The translations under genes were made by a program, and so were the position numbers. A stretch of 64,000 nt of DNA, taken from an uncultured delta proteobacterium. Lineage in GTDB: Bacteria; Desulfobacterota; Binatia; DP-6. Shown here in pieces: positions 28,275 to 37,767 of the stretch (position 1 is the first letter of the stretch; every line of letters begins with the position of its first letter). The notes under the pieces are model-generated. The model was not told where the DNA came from, made no database searches, and saw only the letters and a list, made by a program, of their open reading frames with translations. The stretch spans positions 1,280,001 to 1,344,000 of the forward strand of contig CAWFFN010000009.1 of NCBI GenBank assembly GCA_963815115.1, in the 5' to 3' direction.

Positions 28275-28574
28275 CTGAGCCGCGAGCATCTCGCCCGTCT
28301 CGCCGAGGACCTGCTCAGCCGTCCGCTCTTCGCGCAGGCGTTCGCCGGCGCGCTGAAGAGGGGCCTCGAGACCAAGGGAACGATCGATCGCAACGTGCAG
28401 ACCGTGCTGTCCCTGCTCAACCTGCCGTCGCGCGCCGACCTGAACCGGCTGCTCACCAAGCTCGAGATCATCCAGGGCAATCTCACCAACCTGAGCCTCA
28501 AGGTCGACCGGCTGGAGGCTGCGCAACGTCGGGCGACCAAGCGCCCGCGCAGGCCGCGCGGCGGCTCGGCCTAG
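28275..28574 (+). CDS. Small amphipathic coiled-coil protein, phasin/PHA-granule-associated-like (start unclear)
   Basis: LSLLNLPSRADLNRLLTKLE..LSLKVDRL motif and a basic tail; no in-frame ATG/GTG nearby. Confidence 0.6.
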   Translation: MSREHLARLAEDLLSRPLFAQAFAGALKRGLETKGTIDRNVQTVLSLLNLPSRADLNRLLTKLEIIQGNLTNLSLKVDRLEAAQRRATKRPRRPRGGSA

Positions 28575-28587
28575 CACGCCCGCCTCG

Positions 28588-29718
28588 CTACGTCCCCAGG
28601 CCGCGGACGGCGACGGGCGCCGCGCCGGGCTCCGGCAGGAGGTAGGTCGCGAGCGACTCGAGGTCGGCCAGCGACCCGGGCGGCGTCGCGAGCAGGGGCA
28701 CCGTGGCGAGGAGCGGTGCGGCCGCCGTCCGCAGCAGCGGCGCGAGGGTGGCTTCCTGGCGTGCGGCGAGGGTCCGGAGATCCGCGACCGCGCGCGCGAG
28801 CCGCCCGGCGAGCGCGTCCGAGACGCCGGGAATCGGCGCCGTCTCCGCTGCCTCGGAGCCGTAGAGGTTTCGCGGGAGGACGCGGTTGACGAGCACCCCG
28901 TGCACGCGCAGGTGCACGGCGGCGAGCGCGCGCGCCAGCTCCTCGGTCTCGTCGGTGAGGCGCGGCTCGGGAGCCGTCACCAGGAGCAGCGAGGTCGCGT
29001 CGCTCTTGAGCAGCGTGTCGACCTCCTGCACGCGGATGCGCAACGCCCCGGTCAGGTCCTCGATGACGCGGACGAACTCACCGATCTCGCGCACCAGGCC
29101 GATGCCGGTGAAGCGCTCGAGGCCCCGCAGCACACCACCGAGGACGAGATGCGCGAGGCGCGAACCCGCGCCCGGCAGGATGCTGGTCGGATCCTTCAGG
29201 ATGGAGAAAGCGCGCGAGTCGAGCAGCCGCAGCAGGCGGCGTGGGGCGTCGAGAAAATCGACCGCGTGGCGCGCCGGCGGCGTGTCGACGACCAGGAGAT
29301 CGTAGTCGCCGGTCTCGGCGAGTCGGAGCACGGTCTCGACCGCCATGTACTCGGCGCTGCCGGCCAGGGTGCCCGAGAGGTTCTGGTACAGGCGATTGTC
29401 GAGGACGCGGCGCGCCTGCTCCGGTGTCGAGGCGAGGCCGACGACGAGCTCGTCGAAGGTCCGCTTCACGTCGAGCAGCATGGCGTCGAGCCGGGCGTGG
29501 CTTCCCGGCAGGGGAACGCGCCGCGGGCGGCCGTCGAGCTCGTCCAGGCCGAGCGCGTCGCGCAGGCGCCGGGCCGGGTCGACGGTCAGCACGGCCGTGC
29601 GCCGGCCCCGGCGGGCGGCGGCGACGGCGAGCGCCGAGGCCGTCGTGGTCTTGCCGACGCCCCCGCTGCCGACGCAGAGCACCAGCCGGCGGCCGTCGAG
29701 AATCTCGGAGAGGGTCAT
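28588..29718 (-). CDS. ArsA/Get3-family ATPase (Rv3680/BagB-like)
   Basis: CVGSGGVGKTTT, TVDPARRL, AMLLDVKRTFD, NRLYQNLS, EYMA, VDTPPARHAVDFLDAP. Confidence 0.9.
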   Translation of the reverse strand: MTLSEILDGRRLVLCVGSGGVGKTTTASALAVAAARRGRRTAVLTVDPARRLRDALGLDELDGRPRRVPLPGSHARLDAMLLDVKRTFDELVVGLASTPEQARRVLDNRLYQNLSGTLAGSAEYMAVETVLRLAETGDYDLLVVDTPPARHAVDFLDAPRRLLRLLDSRAFSILKDPTSILPGAGSRLAHLVLGGVLRGLERFTGIGLVREIGEFVRVIEDLTGALRIRVQEVDTLLKSDATSLLLVTAPEPRLTDETEELARALAAVHLRVHGVLVNRVLPRNLYGSEAAETAPIPGVSDALAGRLARAVADLRTLAARQEATLAPLLRTAAAPLLATVPLLATPPGSLADLESLATYLLPEPGAAPVAVRGLGT

Positions 29719-30650
29719 GCCGCGAGCCGGGCCGCCTGTGTCAGCTCGCGCGCGAGCGTCTCGATGCCGCCGTCGGCCTCCGGACCGGCGAAGAGGAACG
29801 GCAGCCGCACCGGCGCCGCCCCCAGTGCGCGCCGGAGCGCCTTCACCTGGGCGGCGGCTTCGCGCCGGCGCTCGAGCAGGAAGCGCGCGGCCGCGATCTG
29901 GGGATGATGCTCCGCGCTCGCCTCGAGGCGTGCGATCGCCGCCTCGTCCGCGCGCGTGAAGTGCCGCGCCGGCATCGCGTTGACGATGGCCGGCGCAACC
30001 GGCAACCCCAGCCGTCGCACCAGCTCGCGGTGAAGCTCGATGGTCTCGCGCACCGCCAGCTCCTCGGGTGTGGTCACCAGGCAGACGAGCGTCGTCGCCG
30101 GATCGGCGAGCCGGGCCCCCATGGTGCGTAACGTCTCTGCGACCGGCCCGAGATGCGCGAGGGCTCCGAGCGTCTTCGGCGCGGCGAGGAGCGGAAGCGA
30201 GTGGCCGGATGCCGGCGCGTCCACCACGATGACGTCGTACACACGCCGCCCGAGGCGGCGCGCGTCGAGCCACGCCGTGAGCTGCTGCAGCACGAGAAAC
30301 TCGGGCAGCCCCGGCGCGGCCGCGGCAAGCACCTGGAAGCTGGTGCTCTCGAGCAGGCGCCGGCTGAGCATGCGAAGCCGGAGTACGCGATGGACGAACG
30401 CCTCGAGGGCGGCCTCGGGCTCCACCGCGGCAGCGGAGAGTCCCGGCATCACCGTGCGCGGCTCCAGGCCCAGGCGTCCGGCGCCGAGGAGGGAGCCCAG
30501 CCGCCCGGCGCCGACCTCGACGGCGAGGACCCGCCGGTGCGCCGCGACGCTCGCTCTCGCCAGGGCGGCCGCGACGGCGCTTTTTCCCACTCCGCCCTTG
30601 CCGGTCACCACGACCAGCCGCTGCGAGCCGAGAGGCAGACGCGCGGGCAC
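29715..30650 (-). CDS. ArsA/Get3-family ATPase (Rv3679/BagA-like)
   Basis: VTGKGGVGKS, AVEV in place of DPA, AAPGLPE, VDAPASGH, TTPEELAVRET; ATGA overlap with the partner gene. Confidence 0.88.
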   Translation of the reverse strand: MPARLPLGSQRLVVVTGKGGVGKSAVAAALARASVAAHRRVLAVEVGAGRLGSLLGAGRLGLEPRTVMPGLSAAAVEPEAALEAFVHRVLRLRMLSRRLLESTSFQVLAAAAPGLPEFLVLQQLTAWLDARRLGRRVYDVIVVDAPASGHSLPLLAAPKTLGALAHLGPVAETLRTMGARLADPATTLVCLVTTPEELAVRETIELHRELVRRLGLPVAPAIVNAMPARHFTRADEAAIARLEASAEHHPQIAAARFLLERRREAAAQVKALRRALGAAPVRLPFLFAGPEADGGIETLARELTQAARLAA

Positions 30651-30655
30651 GGCGC

Positions 30656-30685
30656 CTCATAGCCGCGGGGCGCGCGGAGTGTCAA
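30656..30685 (-). promoter_or_regulatory. Putative sigma70 promoter giving a near-leaderless mRNA for the ArsA pair
   Basis: Minus strand TTGACA-N18-TATGAG, then 5 nt to the GTG start; no SD. Confidence 0.4.
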
Positions 30686-30768
30686 TTTCGGCGCATCGCT
30701 TGCAGCGGCGGATTCGGGGCGGTACGCATGCCGGACTCGCGAAGCGCAACACGGAGGATGCGATCTGC

Positions 30769-31660
<892 letters not shown>

Positions 31661-31673
31661 ACGGGAGCCCCGC

Positions 31674-32864
31674 GTGTTCCTCGATCTCTTCACCGGGCTG
31701 CGCGACGAGGGCGTACCGGTCGCCATCCAGGAATGGCAGGCCTTCCTCTCCGCGCTCGAGCAGGGGCTGCACGGCTCGAGCCTGCTGCGCTTCTACCATC
31801 TCGGCCGCGCCTGCCTGGTGAAGAGCGAGACCTACTTCGACGCCTACGACAAGGTGTTCGCGCGCGTGATGAAGGGCGTCGAGGGTGCCCTGGGCGACGA
31901 CGTGACCGAGAAGCTGCTCGACTGGCTCCGCGATCCGAAGAACTTTCCCGAGCTCACCCCCGAGCAGCTCGCCGCGCTCGAGCGGCTGTCGAGCGACGAG
32001 CTCATGCGAAAGTTTCTCGAGACCCTGGCCGAGCAGAGCGAACGGCACGACGGCGGCGATCGCTGGGTGGGGACGGGCGGCCGCTCCCCGTACGGTCACG
32101 GTGGTACCCATCCGACCGGCATCCGCGTCGGCGGTCCCGGGCGCAGCACATCCGCGATGAAGGTGGCGGAGGAGCGGCGGTTCCGCGACTACCGCACCGA
32201 CGTGGTCCTCGACTCGCGCCAGCTCCGCGTGGCGCTGCGCCGGCTGCGCCAGCTCACCCGCGCCGGCGTCCAGACGGAGCTCGACCTGGACGAGACCGTC
32301 GACGAGACCTGCCGCAACGCGGGCGAGATCGAGCTGGTGTTCCGCGCGCCGCGGCGCAATGACGTGCGGCTCCTCCTCCTGATGGACGTCGGCGGCACGA
32401 TGGATCCCCACTTCGAGCCCGTCAGCCAGCTGCTCACCGCGCTGCACGAGGAGCGCGGCCTGCGGGACTTCCAGGCCTACTACTTCCACAACACGGTCTA
32501 CGACCACCTCTACACCAGTGGCCGCATGCTGCGGGCGGACGAGATCGCCACCGGCGACGTGCTCCGCCGGCTCGACGGCCGCTGGAAGCTGGCCATCGTC
32601 GGCGACGCCGCGATGCATCCCGCCGAGCTGCTGGAGCCGAACGGTAACATCGATCCGCGGCGCACCGCCGGGACGCCGAGCATCCAGTGGCTGCACCGCA
32701 TCGCCACCCACTTCGACCGCTCGGCGTGGATCAATCCCGAGCAGCCCGGCGAGTGGGACTACTCGCAGACCACGCGCGCCATCCGCCGGCTCTTCCCGAT
32801 GTTCCACCTGAGCGTGGACGGGATCACGGAAGCGGTGCAGGCGCTGGTGGGATCGCGGGCGTAG
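31674..32864 (+). CDS. VWA-domain protein (CoxE-like MoxR partner)
   Basis: [42 protein letters not shown]-like [23 protein letters not shown]. Confidence 0.88.
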   Translation: MFLDLFTGLRDEGVPVAIQEWQAFLSALEQGLHGSSLLRFYHLGRACLVKSETYFDAYDKVFARVMKGVEGALGDDVTEKLLDWLRDPKNFPELTPEQLAALERLSSDELMRKFLETLAEQSERHDGGDRWVGTGGRSPYGHGGTHPTGIRVGGPGRSTSAMKVAEERRFRDYRTDVVLDSRQLRVALRRLRQLTRAGVQTELDLDETVDETCRNAGEIELVFRAPRRNDVRLLLLMDVGGTMDPHFEPVSQLLTALHEERGLRDFQAYYFHNTVYDHLYTSGRMLRADEIATGDVLRRLDGRWKLAIVGDAAMHPAELLEPNGNIDPRRTAGTPSIQWLHRIATHFDRSAWINPEQPGEWDYSQTTRAIRRLFPMFHLSVDGITEAVQALVGSRA

Positions 32865-32896
32865 AGCCCGCGTCGACGAGCTTCCGCCCGAGCGAG

Positions 32897-32924
32897 CGCG
32901 CGGCGCCGGTGGGGGCGCCGCGCG
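32897..32924. terminator. Hairpin between convergent VWA and Hsp20 genes
   Basis: CGCGCGGCGCC-GGTGGG-GGCGCCGCGCG, a perfect 11-bp stem. Confidence 0.5.
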
Positions 32925-32943
32925 GTGTGCCGGGAAATGCGGG

Positions 32944-33345
32944 TCAGGCGGTGACGGGGATGCGGCGGGGCTTGGCCTGTTCGGCCTTGGGGAGCTTCAC
33001 CTCGAGGACACCGTTCACCAGACGGGCGGCGATGTGCTCGCGGTCGAAGTGCTGCGGGTTGTTCAGCGTGAAGCGGCGGAAGTAGTTGCCGACATTGTAC
33101 TCGGTGTGGGCGGGCGTGAGTCCCTGGTAGTCCTCCAGGGAGACCCGACCCTCCAGGCGCAGCACGCCATCGTGCAACTCGACCTCGACCTGGTTCTGCT
33201 CGACACCCGGCATGTCGACGAGGAACCACAGCGCGTGCTCGTCCTCGCGGATGTCGACGTCGGGAAGGTAGGTCCGGCCCGGACGGGTGGGCTCCCTCTC
33301 CTTCACTTCCTGCTTCTCCTTGGGAGCGAGATCCTGTGCAGTCAT
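32944..33345 (-). CDS. Hsp20/alpha-crystallin small heat shock protein
   Basis: PDVDIRE, DMPGV, NGVLEVKLPK, C-terminal IPV; AAGGAGG SD. Confidence 0.93.
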   Translation of the reverse strand: MTAQDLAPKEKQEVKEREPTRPGRTYLPDVDIREDEHALWFLVDMPGVEQNQVEVELHDGVLRLEGRVSLEDYQGLTPAHTEYNVGNYFRRFTLNNPQHFDREHIAARLVNGVLEVKLPKAEQAKPRRIPVTA

Positions 33346-33354
33346 CGTTCCTCC

Positions 33355-33792
33355 TTACGCGGCCTGTACGGTGATCTGGCGCGGCTTGGCCGCCTGCGCG
33401 CGCGGGATGCGAAGGGTCATCACCCCGTTCTCGAAGCGCGCCTCGGCGTGCTCGATGTCGAGATCGGCCGGCAGGTGAATGGCGCGCGAGAACTTGCCCT
33501 GGGGACGCTCGCGCCGGTGGTACGCGTTGTTGTCGCCGGACTCGGCCTTGCGCTCGCCATTGATGGTGAGACGCCGGGCCTCGCAGCTCACCTCGATGTC
33601 CTCCGGCTTCAGACCGGGAAGCTCGGCACGGATCACCAGGTCACCCTGGCGGTCGCGGAAGACGTTGACTGGCGGAAAGACGCCCGCGCTGGAAGGCCCG
33701 AAGGACACGTCGGACGTCGGTCGATCGAGCAGGCTCTCCAGGTTCTGCTGGAGACGCAGCAACTCGTTGAACGGATCGCGGTACACGGTCAT
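33355..33792 (-). CDS. Hsp20/alpha-crystallin small heat shock protein
   Basis: FPPVNV, AELPGL, GERK, RRER..GKFSR, NGVMTLRIP, ITV. Confidence 0.93.
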   Translation of the reverse strand: MTVYRDPFNELLRLQQNLESLLDRPTSDVSFGPSSAGVFPPVNVFRDRQGDLVIRAELPGLKPEDIEVSCEARRLTINGERKAESGDNNAYHRRERPQGKFSRAIHLPADLDIEHAEARFENGVMTLRIPRAQAAKPRQITVQAA

Positions 33793-33882
33793 TGGACGAA
33801 TCTCCTCTCTCGCGTCTCCTCCGACGCGGCGAACGGGTGGGATTTGCGGGAAGCGCCGCGACGCCGGTCGCGACACCTCGGG

Positions 33883-34338
33883 TCACGCGGTGGTGACGGG
33901 GATGCGTGTGGGCTGGCTGCCTGCGGGGGCCGTCATGCTGATCTCGAGAACGCCATCGCGGTAGCTCGCCGTGACGCTGTCCGGATCGATCGGACCCGGG
34001 AGCTGCACGCTGCGTTCAAAGCGGCCGTAGCGCACCTCGCGATACGAGTGCCCGGCCTCGTTCTCCTCGCGCTCAGCCTTGCGCTCGCCCTGGATGGTCA
34101 GCCGATTGCCGTGCACGGAAACGTCGACCGCCTTGGGGTCGATCCCCGGCAGGTCGGCCGTCACGACCAGCTTGCCGTCCCGCACCCCCGTGTCGATGGC
34201 GGGCATGAACAGCTCGCTCGACACCGGGTTCCTCGACTCGCCGCCTTCGGTTCCGAAGAAGCGGGAGAAGAGGTCGTCGAACTCGTCGCGCAGGGTCGTC
34301 AGGGCCCGCGCGGGGCGCCACGGGGTGAGAGCCCTCAT
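33883..34338 (-). CDS. Hsp20/alpha-crystallin small heat shock protein
   Basis: LTPWRP, DLPGI, GERK, YGRFERSVQLP, YRDGVLEI, IPV. Confidence 0.93.
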   Translation of the reverse strand: MRALTPWRPARALTTLRDEFDDLFSRFFGTEGGESRNPVSSELFMPAIDTGVRDGKLVVTADLPGIDPKAVDVSVHGNRLTIQGERKAEREENEAGHSYREVRYGRFERSVQLPGPIDPDSVTASYRDGVLEISMTAPAGSQPTRIPVTTA

Positions 34339-34435
34339 GAGCCGTACCTCCTTTCCCTCATATGCTGGACGGGAGGTAAGGCCGATCGGTGCCGAGTCAA
34401 CCCCGGACGGCCCGTTTCGGAGCGGGGCGGGGAGG

Positions 34436-35482
34436 TCAGTACGCTCCGCGCAGGGATGGATGCGGCTGGAGCGCTCGCTGGCGCCCCTCGTTCACGAATC
34501 CGCGGTCGATTGCCCAGGCGACGGTCCGCCGCACGGTCTCGCGGGCGTCGCGGAACGTGAAGCCGAGGTCACGCTGCGCCTTGCCGGAATCGAAATAGCT
34601 GTAGGTCCCGGCGAACTCGTCCACCTGGCTGCGGTCGAGCATCGGGCGCCACCCGGTGACCCAGCTGACGGCCTCCATGCCCGTCGCGATCGCGCGCAGC
34701 ACCGGCACCGGCAGCCTCCACTGGGGCGCCGAGATCCCGGCGAGCTCCGCCACGAGGTCGAGGAGCTGCTTCACGGTGACGTTCTCCCCCGAGACGATGT
34801 AGCGCTCGCCGTTGCCTCCCTTGTCCATGGCCAGCACCGCGCCGTTGGCGACGTCCTCGACGTCGACCACGCCGAAGCCCCCGTCGAAGTAGACCGGCGT
34901 GCCCTGGTTCAGGAAATCCACCACCTGCCGGGTCGACTCGCTGGCTTTCCAGAAGCGCGGCCCGAGGATGAAGCCCGGGTTGATCGCCGTCACTGCGACG
35001 TGCTCGCGCTCGCCGATCGCGAAGGCTTCCTTCTCGGCGGCGATCTTGCCGATGAAGTACGGCGTGTGGGGCTTCGTGTTGTAGTCGGCCTCCGTCCGGC
35101 AGACGTCCGGGGTGCTCGCGAAGCCGATCGTGCCGCCCGTGCTCACGTAGAGCACCTTGTCGACGCCGGCCTTGGCCGCCGCCTTCATCAGGTTGCGCGT
35201 GCCGTCGACGCTGGGCCGGACGATGGCGTGCTCGGGGTCCTTCGCCCACATGAGGAAGCCGGCCGCGGTGTGGTACGCGCGCGCGCAGCCATCGACGGCG
35301 CGCGCCACGGCGTCGGCGTCCAGGATGTCGCCGTGCACGATCTCGACGTCGAGGCCACGGAGCGGCGCCGGATCGGCGCTCTCGCGGATCATGGCTCGGA
35401 CGGGCTCGCCGCGCTGCGCCAGCAAGCGACAGATGTTGTTACCCACGTGGCCATTGGCACCGGTAACCAGAGTCGGACGCAT
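34436..35482 (-). CDS. NAD-dependent epimerase/dehydratase (DFR/HpnA-like extended SDR)
   Basis: LVTGANGHVG, HGDILD, PYFIGKIAAE (YxxxK), VVDVEDVA, GERYI. Confidence 0.88.
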   Translation of the reverse strand: MRPTLVTGANGHVGNNICRLLAQRGEPVRAMIRESADPAPLRGLDVEIVHGDILDADAVARAVDGCARAYHTAAGFLMWAKDPEHAIVRPSVDGTRNLMKAAAKAGVDKVLYVSTGGTIGFASTPDVCRTEADYNTKPHTPYFIGKIAAEKEAFAIGEREHVAVTAINPGFILGPRFWKASESTRQVVDFLNQGTPVYFDGGFGVVDVEDVANGAVLAMDKGGNGERYIVSGENVTVKQLLDLVAELAGISAPQWRLPVPVLRAIATGMEAVSWVTGWRPMLDRSQVDEFAGTYSYFDSGKAQRDLGFTFRDARETVRRTVAWAIDRGFVNEGRQRALQPHPSLRGAY

Positions 35483-35551
35483 GCAGACCCCTCCCGAGCC
35501 GGATTTCGGTCCCACATAGGCGAGACGGCACGCGCCGCGCAACCCTTTTCC

Positions 35552-36700
35552 TCACGCCTCGACGCGCGCGAAGCAGGCGACGGTCTCGACGTGGGCGGTG
35601 TGCGGGAAGAGCGCGAACGGCATCACGGCCTCCAGCCGGAGGCGGCCGCCTCCGAGCAGCGCGCGTGCCTCGCGGAGGAAGGCGTCGAGGCTGCAGCTCA
35701 CCGCGATCAGCCGGGCCGGCGGGCGTCGCACCAGCGCGTCGAGCAGCACCTCGTCCAGGCCGCGCCGGGGAGGATCGACGATCACCACGTCGGCGTCCCG
35801 GGTGGCGGCGGCGAAATCGGCTGCCGGTCCGGGCAGCATCGACGTGCGGGCGCGGATGGCGGTGGGCAGTGCGGCGAGGCCGAGCGCGAGCCCGTCGAGC
35901 GCCGCGGGGACGGCCTCGTTGAAGGCGATGTGCGCGATCCGGGGGGCCAGGCCGAGCCCGATCGCCCCGCAGCCGGCGTGGAACTCGACCACCCGTGCGC
36001 CGTCGGGAACCCAGGAGGCCACCTGGGCCACGATGCGCTCGAAGAGCGGCAGGTTCGCCTGCCCGAAGGCGCCGGGCGGGAAGAACACCCGAGCTCCGCC
36101 CAGGTCCTCGCAGACCGCTTCGGGACCGGACCAGTGGTGCCAGCGTGGACCGAGGATGGCATTGGTGCGCGCGGTGTTGCCGTTCCACCACAGGCTGTGA
36201 AGCCTCGGGCCGAGTGTGGTCCGGATCGCGCCGGCCAGCGGATCGAGGACCTCGGGATCGTCGGAGTTCGCCACCAGCACGACCTGCGCGCTCCCGCTGC
36301 TGCGTTCCACGACCACCTGCACGTAGCGCAGGAGACCGCGGTGGACGCGCTCCGCGTACGGGGCGACCCCCGCCTGCCGAACGGCATCCTTCAGCGCGGC
36401 CGCCACGTCGTTGACCAGCGGGTGATGGACCAGGCACCGGGGCACGTCCACGATGCGGTGCGTGCCCTCCTGGAACACGCCCATCTTCGGAGATGCGGCG
36501 CGTCCGCGTACGGCGAGGCGGGCGCGGTGACGGTAGCCGAAGGCTGGCCCTTCCCCGACGACGGGCGCCGGAAGCCCCGCCTCCGCGCACAGCGCCGCCA
36601 GCGCGACGCTCGCCTCGCGAGGAATGCCCCGCTCGCCGAAGCGCGGGCAGCCTGGACAGGGCGGGCGGTGCGGGCACCGCGGCCGGGCGGGAGACCGCAT
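35552..36700 (-). CDS. m5U RNA methyltransferase, RlmD/TrmA family (no TRAM domain)
   Basis: CPH..CPGC Fe-S motif, YRHRARL, AFGQAN, GCGAIGL, VDPPRRGL, VSC, FPHTAHVE. Confidence 0.88.
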   Translation of the reverse strand: MRSPARPRCPHRPPCPGCPRFGERGIPREASVALAALCAEAGLPAPVVGEGPAFGYRHRARLAVRGRAASPKMGVFQEGTHRIVDVPRCLVHHPLVNDVAAALKDAVRQAGVAPYAERVHRGLLRYVQVVVERSSGSAQVVLVANSDDPEVLDPLAGAIRTTLGPRLHSLWWNGNTARTNAILGPRWHHWSGPEAVCEDLGGARVFFPPGAFGQANLPLFERIVAQVASWVPDGARVVEFHAGCGAIGLGLAPRIAHIAFNEAVPAALDGLALGLAALPTAIRARTSMLPGPAADFAAATRDADVVIVDPPRRGLDEVLLDALVRRPPARLIAVSCSLDAFLREARALLGGGRLRLEAVMPFALFPHTAHVETVACFARVEA

Positions 36701-36786
36701 GGACGGAGCATGCAGGCGGCGTCCGCGCGCGGTCAAATCGGTCCGCACGCGTTGACTTCCCGGCGGCGTCCCCCTACCTAGCATCG

Positions 36787-37755
36787 ATGGCTGGATCCGA
36801 CGCGCCGCCGAGGATCGTTTCCGTGTCGAGCGTCCGGCGGGCCCGCCGCTTCCTGCCGCTGGCGTCCCCCGTCGAGGTTGCACGTCGGCTCACCGCCCTC
36901 GAGCGCCAGGTCGAGGAAGCCCTGGCCTCGGCGCAGCCGCGCGCGAGGTCGTGGGCGGGGCTGGAGCAGGCGCTCGCACGCGGGCTCGACGGCTACGGTC
37001 TCCTGCGACGCGCGCTCTCGGGCGAGAGCACGGCGGCGGCGGAGGTCGCCGAGGGACCGCTCGACGTCCTGTATCGCTGGTGGTGGCGCGTCGAGGTGAT
37101 CGGCCGCGAGCGCCTGCCGCGGCGCGGCCCCGTTCTCGTCGTCGCCAACCGGGGCAGCTCGTTGATCCCGTACGAGGCCTTCATGCTGGCCCGGGCACTG
37201 GGTCCGGAGCAGCCCGACGGTCGCGTCGCCCGACCGCTCGTCGACGAGTGGCTGTTGCGCCTGCCCATCGTCGGGGCGATGCTCGCGTCGCTCGGCGCGC
37301 TGCCGGCGACGACGGCGGGCGCGCGCACCGCTCTCGCCGGCGCCATGGCGATCGCCTTTCCGGAGGGCACGGACGCGGTCGCCAAGCCGCTCGACCGCCG
37401 CTATCGGCTGGCGCCCTTCACGCGCGGCGCGCTCCTCCGCGTCGCTGCCGAGGCCGGCGCGCCGATCGTCCCGGCGGCGGTCATCGGCGCCGAGGAGGTC
37501 CATCCCGTGCTGTGGCGGTTCGAGGGACTCGGCCGCCTGATCGGGATTCCCGCGCTTCCGGTGACGCCCGCGCTGATCCCATTGCCGACCAAGTGGACGG
37601 TGCACGTCGGCGAGCCCCTCGAGGTGCCGCGGCGCACCGCCGCCGGCCTGGCACGTGACGCCCGGGCGATGCGCGCCCTGCGCATCCAGGTCCGCGAGCG
37701 CCTCCAGGGGCTGGTGAGCGACGGCGTACGGCGGCGGCGCGGCCTGTTCGCGTGA
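36787..37755 (+). CDS. Lysophospholipid acyltransferase-family protein with substituted catalytic motif
   Basis: LYRWWWRVEVIG, LVVANR (normally NH), FPEG, RYRL..F.RG, PIVPAAVIGAEE, PLPTKW. Confidence 0.8.
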   Translation: MAGSDAPPRIVSVSSVRRARRFLPLASPVEVARRLTALERQVEEALASAQPRARSWAGLEQALARGLDGYGLLRRALSGESTAAAEVAEGPLDVLYRWWWRVEVIGRERLPRRGPVLVVANRGSSLIPYEAFMLARALGPEQPDGRVARPLVDEWLLRLPIVGAMLASLGALPATTAGARTALAGAMAIAFPEGTDAVAKPLDRRYRLAPFTRGALLRVAAEAGAPIVPAAVIGAEEVHPVLWRFEGLGRLIGIPALPVTPALIPLPTKWTVHVGEPLEVPRRTAAGLARDARAMRALRIQVRERLQGLVSDGVRRRRGLFA

Positions 37756-37767
37756 GCGGACGCGGCG

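Noticed and set aside
28588-30650. Arsenic-resistance ArsA pump ATPases
   Set aside because: No arsB/acr3/arsC/arsD/arsR nearby and no evident metalloid-binding Cys set; the motifs fit the Get3-like BagAB type.
34436-35482. Hopanoid biosynthesis gene hpnA
   Set aside because: Only family-level similarity; no other hpn or shc genes in the window.
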